Source of the DNA: Escherichia phage RB69
Reading direction: 5' to 3' (one strand)
Sequence record: NC_004928.1
Length of the DNA stretch: 64,000 bases
Shown here: in pieces, positions 1 through 8,340 of the stretch
Numbering within the stretch: the first letter of the stretch is position 1
Layout: each line of letters starts with the position of its first letter
Program-made: the position numbers and the translations under genes
The notes under the pieces: model-generated
Databases searched by the model: none
The model's input: only the letters and a program-made list of their open reading frames with translations
Told to the model about the DNA's origin: nothing

Positions 1-119
1 GTAATTCTCCATTTACCTGTAGAAGTGCGGCTCGGTGGCTCAACTTGTTCAATCCAAATATAACCACCTTCAACGCGTTGGTTGGCGGATTCTGCAATAA
101 ATTCTTTATACGTTTTCAT
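1..119 (-). CDS. internal head protein-like, 3' end truncated by window edge
   Basis: ATG at 117-119 on minus strand; N-terminus MKTYKEFIAE matches the T4 IPI/IPII/IPIII capsid-targeting sequence; reading frame runs to the window edge. Confidence 0.6.
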   Translation of the reverse strand, partial: MKTYKEFIAESANQRVEGGYIWIEQVEPPSRTSTGKWRI

Positions 120-182
120 TTTTGTTTCCTTGTTTGTTTTGATAGAGTAATTATACCATATTAATACTTAAGCGTAAACCGT

Positions 183-443
183 TTAAGCTTGACCGCCAGA
201 AATAATTCCGAAGTTGTTAAAATCGTATCCAATATCGTCAACATCTACTTTAGGACTTACTACAACATAAGCAATTTCACTACGTTTTGCATAGGTGTTG
301 ATTTCTTTACCATCGCCACCTAAGAAAGAATACCCATTACGTTTTAATGAGCCAAAATCTTCCGCATCACCAATGAAAGCTTTAACTTTAAATTTAGGGT
401 CTTTGGCATCTGCTTCAATGATAAATTCTTGATACATTTTCAT
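183..443 (-). CDS. internal head protein-like small protein (capsid-targeting sequence variant)
   Basis: 86-aa ORF, N-terminus MKMYQEFIIEA resembles T4 capsid-targeting sequence; sits immediately downstream of denV as ipII/ipIII do in T4. Confidence 0.6.
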   Translation of the reverse strand: MKMYQEFIIEADAKDPKFKVKAFIGDAEDFGSLKRNGYSFLGGDGKEINTYAKRSEIAYVVVSPKVDVDDIGYDFNNFGIISGGQA

Positions 444-449
444 TTTTCC

Positions 450-863
450 TTAGTAAATTGATTTACCATAGTATTTGTACCAAGTCGGACGTTGAGCAAT
501 TTTTTCATCTAAGCGTGCTTGACTTATCGCAATGGACGCTTCGGACGGGACATAATTATTACGAAATTCGGCAGGGATGTCGGAAATATCCTGGACAGTC
601 GTGTCCTTGATTTTGAAACCACGTTTCAAGCATTCAGCGATTAGTTCGATTTGACGTAAACGTAAAAATTCGAGTTTGTCGTAAAAGAATGTTACGTGAC
701 CTGTGCCTAAGATAAATGTTGGAGAGATTTTAAAATCCTTTACACGTTTACCGTTTTGAACATGTTTACGGACTGCACCAAATACGCGTGGTAATTCACG
801 ATACTCAGCCATAAGATGTTGGTCGGTCAGTTCAGAAACAAGTGTTAAATTGATACGAGTCAT
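450..863 (-). CDS. denV: endonuclease V (pyrimidine-dimer DNA glycosylase)
   Basis: Protein [34 protein letters not shown]... is near-identical in my recollection to T4 DenV; start taken at internal ATG (863) not the track start 875. Confidence 0.93.
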   Translation of the reverse strand: MTRINLTLVSELTDQHLMAEYRELPRVFGAVRKHVQNGKRVKDFKISPTFILGTGHVTFFYDKLEFLRLRQIELIAECLKRGFKIKDTTVQDISDIPAEFRNNYVPSEASIAISQARLDEKIAQRPTWYKYYGKSIY

Positions 864-890
864 AATTTCCTCCAAGTAGTTGATGAATGT

Positions 891-920
891 ATAGTATCAA
901 AGTCCTTGGAGGAAGTAAAC
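891..920 (-). promoter_or_regulatory. sigma70-type early promoter (-35 GTTTAC, 18-nt spacer, -10 TACTAT) upstream of denV
   Basis: Minus strand reads GTTTAC(18 nt)TACTAT; T4 early promoter architecture. Confidence 0.6.
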
Positions 921-921
921 A

Positions 922-1203
922 CTATTTTTCTGAAGCGCCTGAAATATATTTTTCAAGACGTTGTTTCATTAGCGAGCCGTTCTTAGCGATTTCTTCCGGT
1001 TTATCGCACATACGCAACAAGGCTTCAAGCTTAACGATATCACTGGTGCGCTCAAATTTGCGAGTATCTATCTTGCTAGCAAGTTCAGAAATACGTGCTA
1101 ATAGACTTTCAGCTTCAACCAAAGCTGCACCTAGCTTCGTGGCAAATGTGTCAGTAGCTTCGTTAAGAGATAGATTCTGATAAAAATTCATGTATGTTTT
1201 CAT
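922..1203 (-). CDS. hypothetical protein with MKTY N-terminus (degenerate capsid-targeting-like)
   Basis: ORF track 922..1218; ATG at 1201-1203 overlaps the e stop codon (ATGA); product begins [11 protein letters not shown]. Confidence 0.5.
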   Translation of the reverse strand: MKTYMNFYQNLSLNEATDTFATKLGAALVEAESLLARISELASKIDTRKFERTSDIVKLEALLRMCDKPEEIAKNGSLMKQRLEKYISGASEK

Positions 1204-1688
1204 ATATACGCTTTCCAAGTTCCTGTTTTAAATGTTGAGATTACGCGTTTCGCGCGATTAGGTGTCTGACGATACCATTTAGATTGGGCTAGATTTACTG
1301 CCGCTTCGTCCCAACGTTTCTGTTGAAGCATACGAAGAGAATTAGTAAAACCGGCGACGCCTGATACACCCATTTGGAAGACCATATTGACCAATGCACA
1401 CCGACGAACTGCATCTAAAGAATCATATACCGGTTTAAGTTTAGCATTACCCAAGATTCCGCGAACGGCTTTATCAACGTCTTCATTAAATAGCTTTTCA
1501 GCCTCATCAAGGGTAATTGTACCGTTGCATTTACGGCCGATCATTCTGTCAAGTTCAGCTTTAGCTACGGCTAAAGACGGGTTCTTTGTTACTAAATGGC
1601 CTATGCCAATCGTCCAAAAGCCTTCAGTGTCTTTGTATAAAGTCAGTCTAAGACCTTCGTCATTACGAAGCATTTCAAATATATTCAT
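1200..1688 (-). CDS. e: lysozyme (endolysin)
   Basis: [32 protein letters not shown]... matches T4 lysozyme over its whole length; GGAGG 5 nt upstream of ATG at 1688. Confidence 0.96.
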   Translation of the reverse strand: MNIFEMLRNDEGLRLTLYKDTEGFWTIGIGHLVTKNPSLAVAKAELDRMIGRKCNGTITLDEAEKLFNEDVDKAVRGILGNAKLKPVYDSLDAVRRCALVNMVFQMGVSGVAGFTNSLRMLQQKRWDEAAVNLAQSKWYRQTPNRAKRVISTFKTGTWKAYI

Positions 1689-1722
1689 AATACCTCCCAC
1701 GTTTATAGGAGGTATTTATTAC

Positions 1723-2181
1723 TTATAGGAGGGTAGTGAGCACCTTATATAATGATTTGCCCATTACATATTCCCATTGAGAAGGTTTAATTAAAGCGAA
1801 TGCATCAAATTCAGGAATCTGTCGTCCGTCTGGGAATGTATGATAGGAATTACAAACACTGTTTCTGAATTGCTCGTGCTCTACAGGGATGGTATATAGG
1901 AACAGATGAATATTCTTATTGTCTGAGTAATGATGTTCACCTAGGTCTTTCAGGAAGGCAGGGTCATATTGTGTAAACCCAGTTTCTTCTTCGCATTCAC
2001 GAATAGCGGCTTCAATAGGAGATTCGCCAGGTTCGACACGGCCTTTAGGAATATCCCACCGATGAGCTAATGCACCTTTAGGACGAGAACCAGTTACACG
2101 CCCCATGAATAATTCTTTATCTTCGGTAAGGAAAATAATACCGGCTGATAGTTCTTTCACTTTATTTTTCTTACTCATCAT
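1723..2181 (-). CDS. nudE: NUDIX hydrolase
   Basis: Nudix box GRVEPGESPIEAAIRECEEETGF; position downstream of e as T4 e.1/nudE. Confidence 0.85.
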   Translation of the reverse strand: MMSKKNKVKELSAGIIFLTEDKELFMGRVTGSRPKGALAHRWDIPKGRVEPGESPIEAAIRECEEETGFTQYDPAFLKDLGEHHYSDNKNIHLFLYTIPVEHEQFRNSVCNSYHTFPDGRQIPEFDAFALIKPSQWEYVMGKSLYKVLTTLL

Positions 2182-2422
2182 CTCGGTCCCATGATTTGGC
2201 CATTAATTCGGACATAAATTCTTCAATGCGCGTTTCTTTAGATGGACTTTCACTATTAGAGACCGCAAGTTTGTAATCTGCAATAGGACGGAACAAATCA
2301 AGGTCCATATCAAGGTCGTCTTTGATTTGTTCTTCAGGTACATCTGTATCATACGTATACAGATAACTATCAAGTGATTCTGATTTAACGTAAATTGCTA
2401 TACTCATCTCAAATTCCTGCAT
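2171..2422 (-). CDS. hypothetical acidic protein
   Basis: 83-aa ORF; its start codon lies inside the ECR codons of the upstream gene. Confidence 0.5.
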   Translation of the reverse strand: MQEFEMSIAIYVKSESLDSYLYTYDTDVPEEQIKDDLDMDLDLFRPIADYKLAVSNSESPSKETRIEEFMSELMAKSWDRDDE

Positions 2423-2901
2423 TCGGTAATAAAACGTTCAACTTCATTATTCTTGGCCTTTATCTTGTCTTTACGTTCCTGTAAACTACTTTTAACAAGA
2501 TTAATAATGATGCCTACAGTACCTCCACCAATAATACCACCAATAATACTTACAATAGTAGATGCTAATAAGATAGCGATAATATCTGGTACAGCAAAGG
2601 CACTTACTTTAGTACTAAAAAACCATACCGACGGTACAAATATAATCCATCCTGTTATCCATTGGCACTTATTGAAAAACTTTTCAAGCTCAGCTTGGGT
2701 TGTTCGTATTACTTCATCGATAGGTTGATATCCATTAATGTATCTGTTCACGATAATACCTGCTGGTTTGTCGATTTTAAATGCTTGACAATGGTGTTTC
2801 ACTAAGTAGGATGGACATCCTGTCCAATCTACTGAATAGTATGAAATACCTTCGTCGCCACCGTCCATGTTTGACCAGTGAATTTTCTGTATCATTACCA
2901 A
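2404..2901 (-). CDS. hypothetical membrane protein, C-terminal FIxECR motif
   Basis: 165 aa; hydrophobic segments WIIFVPSVWFF / IIAILLASTIVSIIGGIIGGG; ends ERFITECRNLR. Confidence 0.55.
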   Translation of the reverse strand: MVMIQKIHWSNMDGGDEGISYYSVDWTGCPSYLVKHHCQAFKIDKPAGIIVNRYINGYQPIDEVIRTTQAELEKFFNKCQWITGWIIFVPSVWFFSTKVSAFAVPDIIAILLASTIVSIIGGIIGGGTVGIIINLVKSSLQERKDKIKAKNNEVERFITECRNLR

Positions 2902-3581
2902 CCTTCCATAGGGAATTCCAGATAAACTTGAGCGTTGACACGAATTTCATTGGTAATCTTTTTAACTCGGTCCGTATTACGAGATACACGTCCGAACCAA
3001 CGCCATCCATTACTAATTGCACGAGAACCAGTGTGCCATGTTTGCCAATCAAACTGAAGAAGAGTACGGTCTGGAGCTTCCCATTTCTCTAGTTCGCCTT
3101 TTTCGATTTTTTCGAGGACTTCTTTGTGCCACTGGCGATAGATAAGTTCGCCATCAGGAATCTGACTGAACTCTGCAGTTCCTGTTGCAAAATGAGTAGG
3201 ACACACATCAGCGTTAACAAGACCAAGAATATGTTCAGACAAATAGCGAGGATTGTCATAGTCAGGTGGTCCTGCAGTAATAAAGTGTTGACCAACCGGA
3301 ATATCTGGGCGTGGTACATCGTCATGGTGATAACCTGGGATAGCAGGATACCAACCAGGCATCAGCATGTGGACTCGTGAATCAAATACTACATCCGAGT
3401 CTTTCCAATCGTCAGGGAGATTTTGGATAAAGCTACGAGTAATTGGACCGCCGTTATCAAAAGCAAAATTCAAATCGCAATTAAAGAACATAGGCTCGTT
3501 TTTAATCTGGTCGTTTTTAATCGCATGAGCAAAACCACCTACTGCACGAGCTTGACTATTAAACACTTTAGAACTATTCAT
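2895..3581 (-). CDS. hypothetical protein
   Basis: 228-aa ORF in the minus-strand early block; no motif recognised. Confidence 0.55.
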   Translation of the reverse strand: MNSSKVFNSQARAVGGFAHAIKNDQIKNEPMFFNCDLNFAFDNGGPITRSFIQNLPDDWKDSDVVFDSRVHMLMPGWYPAIPGYHHDDVPRPDIPVGQHFITAGPPDYDNPRYLSEHILGLVNADVCPTHFATGTAEFSQIPDGELIYRQWHKEVLEKIEKGELEKWEAPDRTLLQFDWQTWHTGSRAISNGWRWFGRVSRNTDRVKKITNEIRVNAQVYLEFPMEGW

Positions 3582-3582
3582 A

Positions 3583-3888
3583 TTATTTTCCTCGACATTC
3601 TTTAATGAAATTTTCTAGATTGGTAGATTCAATAGCTTTTTTACGAGCTTCTGCGTGTTCTTCTTCAGACAATTTACGTTTATAATTGACCCAGACATTA
3701 TGGTCGAAACTAGTCGTGGCATATAATAACAATGCTCCAACGAATAGCAAAAACGGCGATAAGAATACAAAACCAGGAACACCATCCATATCGTAAGCCT
3801 TTTGTAATACTGCAACAGAAAGGGCTGCGTAAAAAAGTGATGCAAATATTGTTAAAAGACCAATTCGGTTGGTTTCGCCTAATTTCAT
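3583..3888 (-). CDS. hypothetical membrane protein, C-terminal FIxECR motif
   Basis: 101 aa, two predicted TM helices, ends ENFIKECRGK; early promoter just upstream. Confidence 0.6.
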   Translation of the reverse strand: MKLGETNRIGLLTIFASLFYAALSVAVLQKAYDMDGVPGFVFLSPFLLFVGALLLYATTSFDHNVWVNYKRKLSEEEHAEARKKAIESTNLENFIKECRGK

Positions 3889-3915
3889 AATATTCTCCTC
3901 ATGTTTAATAGGACT

Positions 3916-3945
3916 ACTATAATATAGTCCTATAATTGTGTAAAC
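3916..3945 (-). promoter_or_regulatory. sigma70-type early promoter inside inverted repeat (GTTTAC ... TATAGT)
   Basis: Minus strand GTTTACACAATTATAGGACTATATTATAGT; flanked by ataggact / agtcctat inverted repeat. Confidence 0.6.
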
Positions 3946-3957
3946 AGTTTTGCGAAA

Positions 3958-4914
3958 TTATTTGAAAGGTTTTACCATATGGAAATTTTGTTTGAAACGT
4001 TTGACGTAATCGTCATGTCCTAAACTTTGGTACATACTTACTACTTTGCTGTAGTTTTCCCAGGCATACTCACGGAACCAACCAGAGGTGATGCTTGTAC
4101 AGACTTTTTCCAATGCCATCATAAAACTGGCTTCAGGGTTAATTTTAAAGTCATTAGGAATTTGAGAACGTTCTAATGCTAGTACACATGATTCTTCGTA
4201 TACACCAGCCAATTTGACCATTTCTGGTAATGATTCGAACTTCTCGCGTGAGGTCATGACTTCAGAGCCGTCTTTCATATAAAATGTATACGCTGGACGG
4301 TCTGTTAGTGCAATGGCTTCATGAATAGTATCATGGTCATATGTATAGATGTCATCTTTAAAGAACGCACTTTTAGAAGTGTCAAGAACCGGGTGAGCAT
4401 AGTTCAAGGTTTCTTTCTGGCGTTTCAGCATAATTTCAGTAAGTTCATCGTTCAGTGTAACACCTTTACCACGAAGATACTGAATATGGTTCATAGTCTT
4501 TAAAAAGAATGGATTATTTTTCTTGAAACGATGAGACATCTTAATTGCAAGACATATCTCAGGAGTTGCCCAGTAAAACCCGTTCAAACGGTCTTTAGTC
4601 AAATTTTTCTTGGCGTATTTTAAAAGGTCATAAGAAGACGTGAAATCTTCAGGAGTGAGTTCACCGATTAATTCACGGACATTAGTGATTGCCGGAACAA
4701 TATATGCTTCAAAATGAGTTTCGCGTCCATTATGGAAGCATTTGAAAACTTGGACATCAGGGTTATCTTGGTGAACATATACACCCATCATTTGATTTTT
4801 GAATGCATTCCAAGAACATTGGTCCGCAATAAAGTCCCAATCGCTATTTTTGATAGCGCTAGAATCAATAAGACCGTGATAGTGAAGTGCACGAGAACCA
4901 ATAACCAACATCAT
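3958..4914 (-). CDS. hypothetical protein, possible nucleotidyltransferase fold
   Basis: 318 aa; N-terminal LVIGSRALHYHGLIDSSAIKNSDWDFIA resembles the hG[GS]...[DE]h[DE]h signature of pol-beta-type NTases (spacing longer than canonical). Confidence 0.6.
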   Translation of the reverse strand: MMLVIGSRALHYHGLIDSSAIKNSDWDFIADQCSWNAFKNQMMGVYVHQDNPDVQVFKCFHNGRETHFEAYIVPAITNVRELIGELTPEDFTSSYDLLKYAKKNLTKDRLNGFYWATPEICLAIKMSHRFKKNNPFFLKTMNHIQYLRGKGVTLNDELTEIMLKRQKETLNYAHPVLDTSKSAFFKDDIYTYDHDTIHEAIALTDRPAYTFYMKDGSEVMTSREKFESLPEMVKLAGVYEESCVLALERSQIPNDFKINPEASFMMALEKVCTSITSGWFREYAWENYSKVVSMYQSLGHDDYVKRFKQNFHMVKPFK

Positions 4915-4942
4915 AATATTTTCCTCTGATTAATTCATTAAC

Positions 4943-5194
4943 TTAAATTTCACGACATGCGATATCATATTCATCCCAGAGGTCATCGTGTGAAGCCTCT
5001 ACCAATGGAACGATTGTGCCGTTTATGTCTTCATTATAAGGGCAAATTGTACAGTGCGCATCTTCGAATCGGATGCCTTTGTGTTCAGATTTTTTATAAC
5101 GCATATCGAATATCTTTGCAAACTTTTCACGAGTAATGGTTTTAGCAACCACTTTGGTTCCGATACTTTCGTAATAAATCATTGTGGACTCCAT
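4943..5194 (-). CDS. hypothetical protein
   Basis: 83-aa ORF downstream of early promoter at 5211-5240. Confidence 0.5.
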   Translation of the reverse strand: MESTMIYYESIGTKVVAKTITREKFAKIFDMRYKKSEHKGIRFEDAHCTICPYNEDINGTIVPLVEASHDDLWDEYDIACREI

Positions 5195-5210
5195 TTAATT
5201 TGATAGGACT

Positions 5211-5240
5211 ACTATAACATAGCCCTATCTTGTTGTAAAC
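5211..5240 (-). promoter_or_regulatory. sigma70-type early promoter inside inverted repeat
   Basis: Minus strand GTTTAC(18)TATAGT within the tgataggactactataacatagccctatc element. Confidence 0.6.
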
Positions 5241-5244
5241 TGTT

Positions 5245-5442
5245 TTAGCAAGAATAACTAGATGATACCCAGCCTTGAACAGTAATACTATTATTTGATA
5301 ACGAGATTGCGTCCTGGAGATTCAGACCTGCGTTATCTTCAATCCATAATGTAACTTCTTCGCGTTCTTCTGTTGCAATTTGGAACAGGTTTTCCAGAGC
5401 AGCTACTGCCGTACGTACAGCACAATCTAATTCGCGAGACAT
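5245..5442 (-). CDS. small hypothetical protein, GWVxSSxxC C-terminal family
   Basis: 65 aa ending QGWVSSSYSC. Confidence 0.5.
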   Translation of the reverse strand: MSRELDCAVRTAVAALENLFQIATEEREEVTLWIEDNAGLNLQDAISLSNNSITVQGWVSSSYSC

Positions 5443-5451
5443 ATTGTTTCC

Positions 5452-5724
5452 TTAGCAAGTGTGAGAAGATGCGACCCAACCACCAGTTTCGAGGCTCAGG
5501 TTGTAGTCGTATTGGTAAACGTCAGCCCATTCAGCATAGCCGTTTTTTGTACAACGTTCAAGATCGGCTTTAAGATGTCCGGGTGAATGATAGGTTCCAC
5601 CCATACCATAAGCTGGGTACAAGTCGAATGTTGTGTTTTGTTTATCAGCAATTTCTTTGGCAGCCTCAATAGCTGCATAGATTTTTGCTACAGCTTCAGT
5701 CAGTTCGGTTTGTTCTTTAGACAT
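5452..5724 (-). CDS. small hypothetical protein, GWVxSSxxC C-terminal family
   Basis: 90 aa ending GGWVASSHTC; stop followed by GGAAACAAT and next ATG. Confidence 0.55.
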   Translation of the reverse strand: MSKEQTELTEAVAKIYAAIEAAKEIADKQNTTFDLYPAYGMGGTYHSPGHLKADLERCTKNGYAEWADVYQYDYNLSLETGGWVASSHTC

Positions 5725-5733
5725 AATGATTCC

Positions 5734-5835
5734 TTAGCACAACGCAGGAGACGAAACCCAAGCACCTTCAGTAATAACGTAACCATTACCTTCACGCTTA
5801 ACATCGCCACCATTATTTTCAATTTCATTTTTCAT
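5734..5835 (-). CDS. very small hypothetical protein (33 aa), GWVxSSxxC family
   Basis: Not in ORF track (below 60 aa); hand translation MKNEIENNGGDVKREGNGYVITEGAWVSSPALC; shares C-terminal motif and stop-RBS junction with neighbours. Confidence 0.35.
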   Translation of the reverse strand: MKNEIENNGGDVKREGNGYVITEGAWVSSPALC

Positions 5836-6040
5836 ACCACTGGGATACGATTTCACCCTTAGGATAATAAGTACGACCGCTACCATAATCACCTACAGAA
5901 AATGATACGGCATATTGGTCTGCGATCTTTGTTGCTTCTTCTTCGATACGTTCAGCTTGATTCAGAAGTTTATAAATTGCATCTGAAGCGGATTTGGCAT
6001 CATTAAATTCTGGTACTTTAATTTCGATAATCTTACTCAT
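5825..6040 (-). CDS. hypothetical protein
   Basis: 71-aa ORF; AAGGA RBS upstream of ATG. Confidence 0.5.
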   Translation of the reverse strand: MSKIIEIKVPEFNDAKSASDAIYKLLNQAERIEEEATKIADQYAVSFSVGDYGSGRTYYPKGEIVSQWYEK

Positions 6041-6396
6041 TTTCTACATTCCTTAATAAAGTTTTCTATTGTTTCATTTTCACGTTTAGCTAGGAGTTCA
6101 TTATAACTAATCATTTGAGAAGCGTAAACCTTTTTATTTTTCTTGTTATGGTTTATAAAATCGTAGTAAAAATAGACTACAGTACAAAATGATGCGATGG
6201 ATGCAAAGGCTTGGGTATACCGTAAGTCCTGCCATTGGTCTGTGAATCCGCCAGTGTTTCCTATAAATCCTAACACAACGCCGTCAATAAGAAATCCAAC
6301 TAATCCAAAGGCAAATCCCATGCCAATACTCATAATAAAAATTAGAATGTTCTCACCAAGAGAAGGCCATACGGTTAAGAGTTGAGGCTTTTGCAT
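6037..6396 (-). CDS. hypothetical membrane protein, C-terminal FIxECR motif
   Basis: 119 aa; hydrophobic N-terminal half; ends ENFIKECRK. Confidence 0.55.
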   Translation of the reverse strand: MQKPQLLTVWPSLGENILIFIMSIGMGFAFGLVGFLIDGVVLGFIGNTGGFTDQWQDLRYTQAFASIASFCTVVYFYYDFINHNKKNKKVYASQMISYNELLAKRENETIENFIKECRK

Positions 6397-6770
6397 CTTA
6401 TTTCCTTAACGAATTCCATAGCTTCTTCATATTCATACTTTTTAACAGCTTCATCATACTGAGCTTGGGCTTTTGCGCACTGAACTTTCCACTCACGAAC
6501 TCGAGCTCTGTGATGACGGCCTTGGTGCCAATATCCTACCCAATTAATAGGCATTAATAAAAACGGTACAATAAGTGGTGCGACGAACATTAATGAAAAT
6601 GCTGCATCAGACGATATAACTTCACTAGAATCTAAAACAGCTCCTATAATCATAAAGATTAAAAATGCTAAAGCTAAAATAGGGCCAAATAGTACTTCAT
6701 TAGGAATTAATTTACGTTTGTATTCGTATGCCCAGGGCTTACTTGGCATGTATAGGGTTGGCTTTGACAT
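6375..6770 (-). CDS. hypothetical membrane protein (EFVKEIRC C-terminal motif)
   Basis: Track ORF 6375..6800; start moved to internal ATG at 6770 (start uncertain); two hydrophobic segments. Confidence 0.5.
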   Translation of the reverse strand: MSKPTLYMPSKPWAYEYKRKLIPNEVLFGPILALAFLIFMIIGAVLDSSEVISSDAAFSLMFVAPLIVPFLLMPINWVGYWHQGRHHRARVREWKVQCAKAQAQYDEAVKKYEYEEAMEFVKEIRCKSLNS

Positions 6771-7341
6771 ATTCTCTACATTCCATAATAAATTGCTCAA
6801 GGATTAAATTGTTAGTGAAATTAGGACTAACAACCATAGTTTCATAAAGCGCATCAATAGCACTTAAAGCATCAACTCTTTTAAGCAAAGGCTTGCCTTC
6901 ATACATAGTTTCAGAATCGATGATTAACGTAAAGTAATATTTTTTATTATCGACTAGAACTTCTGTATCGATATAAAACATATTAGACCTCAGAAGCTTA
7001 TCTCTAAAACCATAATAATCTTCAGAGCGTTCGCTGATATATTCCCATTCAGTGTTTAAACAACAAACAGACCATGTAGGAGCAACGAAATCAGTGAATC
7101 TAATATCATGGTCTGCAACTAGTTTAGCAATAGCTCCGATATCATGAATCATAATACCTGGGGCTAATAAAGATTTTCTGCTATGGCTAGCCGTTTTCTC
7201 GGTGGTCTCATAAGAAGACGACCAGTACCATTTACGTCCGGTTGCAACATATCGTAATGAATCAACTAAAGACGTAGGTGGATTTACCTTATCTCGGAAC
7301 TCTTCAAACATTGAGTCAATATCATTATTTTGGTTTCGCAT
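6739..7341 (-). CDS. hypothetical protein with FIMECR motif near C-terminus
   Basis: Track ORF 6739..7362; ATG at 7341 follows a terminator hairpin and AAGGAG RBS. Confidence 0.55.
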   Translation of the reverse strand: MRNQNNDIDSMFEEFRDKVNPPTSLVDSLRYVATGRKWYWSSSYETTEKTASHSRKSLLAPGIMIHDIGAIAKLVADHDIRFTDFVAPTWSVCCLNTEWEYISERSEDYYGFRDKLLRSNMFYIDTEVLVDNKKYYFTLIIDSETMYEGKPLLKRVDALSAIDALYETMVVSPNFTNNLILEQFIMECREYVKANPIHAK

Positions 7342-7356
7342 GTTAACTCCTTTATT

Positions 7357-7384
7357 ATCCAAAAGGAGGACCGGAGTCCTCCGT
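7357..7384 (-). terminator. hairpin plus T-tract terminator
   Basis: Minus strand GGAGGACTCCGGTCCTCC followed by TTTTGG, directly after the 7391..7984 gene. Confidence 0.6.
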
Positions 7385-7390
7385 ATTATT

Positions 7391-7984
7391 TTATTTCAAA
7401 GAGTTAATATATTCTTGTACATCAGCAGAAGTGGTTTCGACACCAGCTGGAGTGCCATTGAACGTTTCAACACGAGTCAGAGTGTCTTCGATATCAACCT
7501 TAGTCAGTGCAGCGATTTCAATTACATCATCGGCCGTAGAGATACCAAGGGCATTGGCTGCTCGAGTTTCACGAATGTATTCGAGTTTGATTGCCAGATT
7601 CTGACGAGCATCATCAAGTTCAACCACCTTACGAGCAATTTCAATTCGCATAGCGGCATACCCGTCAGCTTTTGTATTAAGTTGTTCGGCAGTTCGACGA
7701 TACAGAAGACCAAGCTTAGCATGCATGGTAACATCTTGTCCTTCAGCCAAGAGCTTACGAATTTCACGTTCCTTAGAAGCGGCTTGCTTGTTCTTTTCAT
7801 TAACAAGTTCGCGAATACGTTTTTCTTCATTAATAGATTTAACAGAAGCCGTTTTTAGTTCTTTGATTTGGGTAATCAACTTATCTGCAGCTGCGTTATA
7901 CTGTTCTTCGACAGTCAGATTTTTAGCCATAGCAGTACCCAGTTTAGTGCGGATGAATTCAACAAGTTTCTTCAGTGTGTTCAT
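7391..7984 (-). CDS. coiled-coil protein, possibly PspA/IM30-like
   Basis: About 197 aa, predominantly helical with charged heptad-like pattern; start at ATG 7984 (track start 7999 is a TTG); family assignment is an unverified impression. Confidence 0.55.
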   Translation of the reverse strand: MNTLKKLVEFIRTKLGTAMAKNLTVEEQYNAAADKLITQIKELKTASVKSINEEKRIRELVNEKNKQAASKEREIRKLLAEGQDVTMHAKLGLLYRRTAEQLNTKADGYAAMRIEIARKVVELDDARQNLAIKLEYIRETRAANALGISTADDVIEIAALTKVDIEDTLTRVETFNGTPAGVETTSADVQEYINSLK

Positions 7985-8025
7985 ATTATTACCTTTCAAT
8001 TGGTGGTTTATTATCCAACGAGAGC

Positions 8026-8054
8026 ATTATACTCTGCTCTCAAGAGTTTGTAAA
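8026..8054 (-). promoter_or_regulatory. sigma70 promoter (TTTACA, 17-nt spacer, TATAAT) with inverted repeat around -10
   Basis: Minus strand TTTACAAACTCTTGAGAGCAGAGTATAAT; GAGAGCA / TGCTCTC inverted repeat flanks the -10. Confidence 0.65.
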
Positions 8055-8282
8055 TTATTTTTTAATCAAATTGACATAAAACTTGGCGTCTTCGGGGTGC
8101 ATGCCTTCGCAGTATTCTTCAACCATGAACTTCTTAACAGCTTCATAAGGACCACTCAGATTAAGCTCAGTTGTCCAGAACTTGGAATCTTGGACTGAAT
8201 CGATACGAACTTCAGGGTGTCGGTTGCGAATAACTTCTTCGGTGTATTCATAATCAACGACATCAATACTAACTTTAGCCAT
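8055..8282 (-). CDS. hypothetical protein
   Basis: 75-aa ORF downstream of early promoter 8311-8340. Confidence 0.5.
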   Translation of the reverse strand: MAKVSIDVVDYEYTEEVIRNRHPEVRIDSVQDSKFWTTELNLSGPYEAVKKFMVEEYCEGMHPEDAKFYVNLIKK

Positions 8283-8310
8283 TTTGTATTCCTCGTGTTT
8301 TGATAGGACT

Positions 8311-8340
8311 ACTATAACATAAACTTACTTAGATGTAAAT
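8311..8340 (-). promoter_or_regulatory. sigma70-type early promoter inside inverted repeat
   Basis: Minus strand ATTTAC(18)TATAGT within ttgataggactactataacat element. Confidence 0.55.

Noticed and set aside
887-1180. Plus-strand 97-aa ORF antisense to the denV-e junction
   Set aside because: Lies antisense to well-supported minus-strand genes, low-complexity Ser/Leu-rich product, no RBS or promoter context
7340-8198. Plus-strand ORFs 7340..7858 and 7725..8198 opposite the coiled-coil gene
   Set aside because: Antisense shadow ORFs of the 7391..7984 gene; hydrophobic nonsense-like composition
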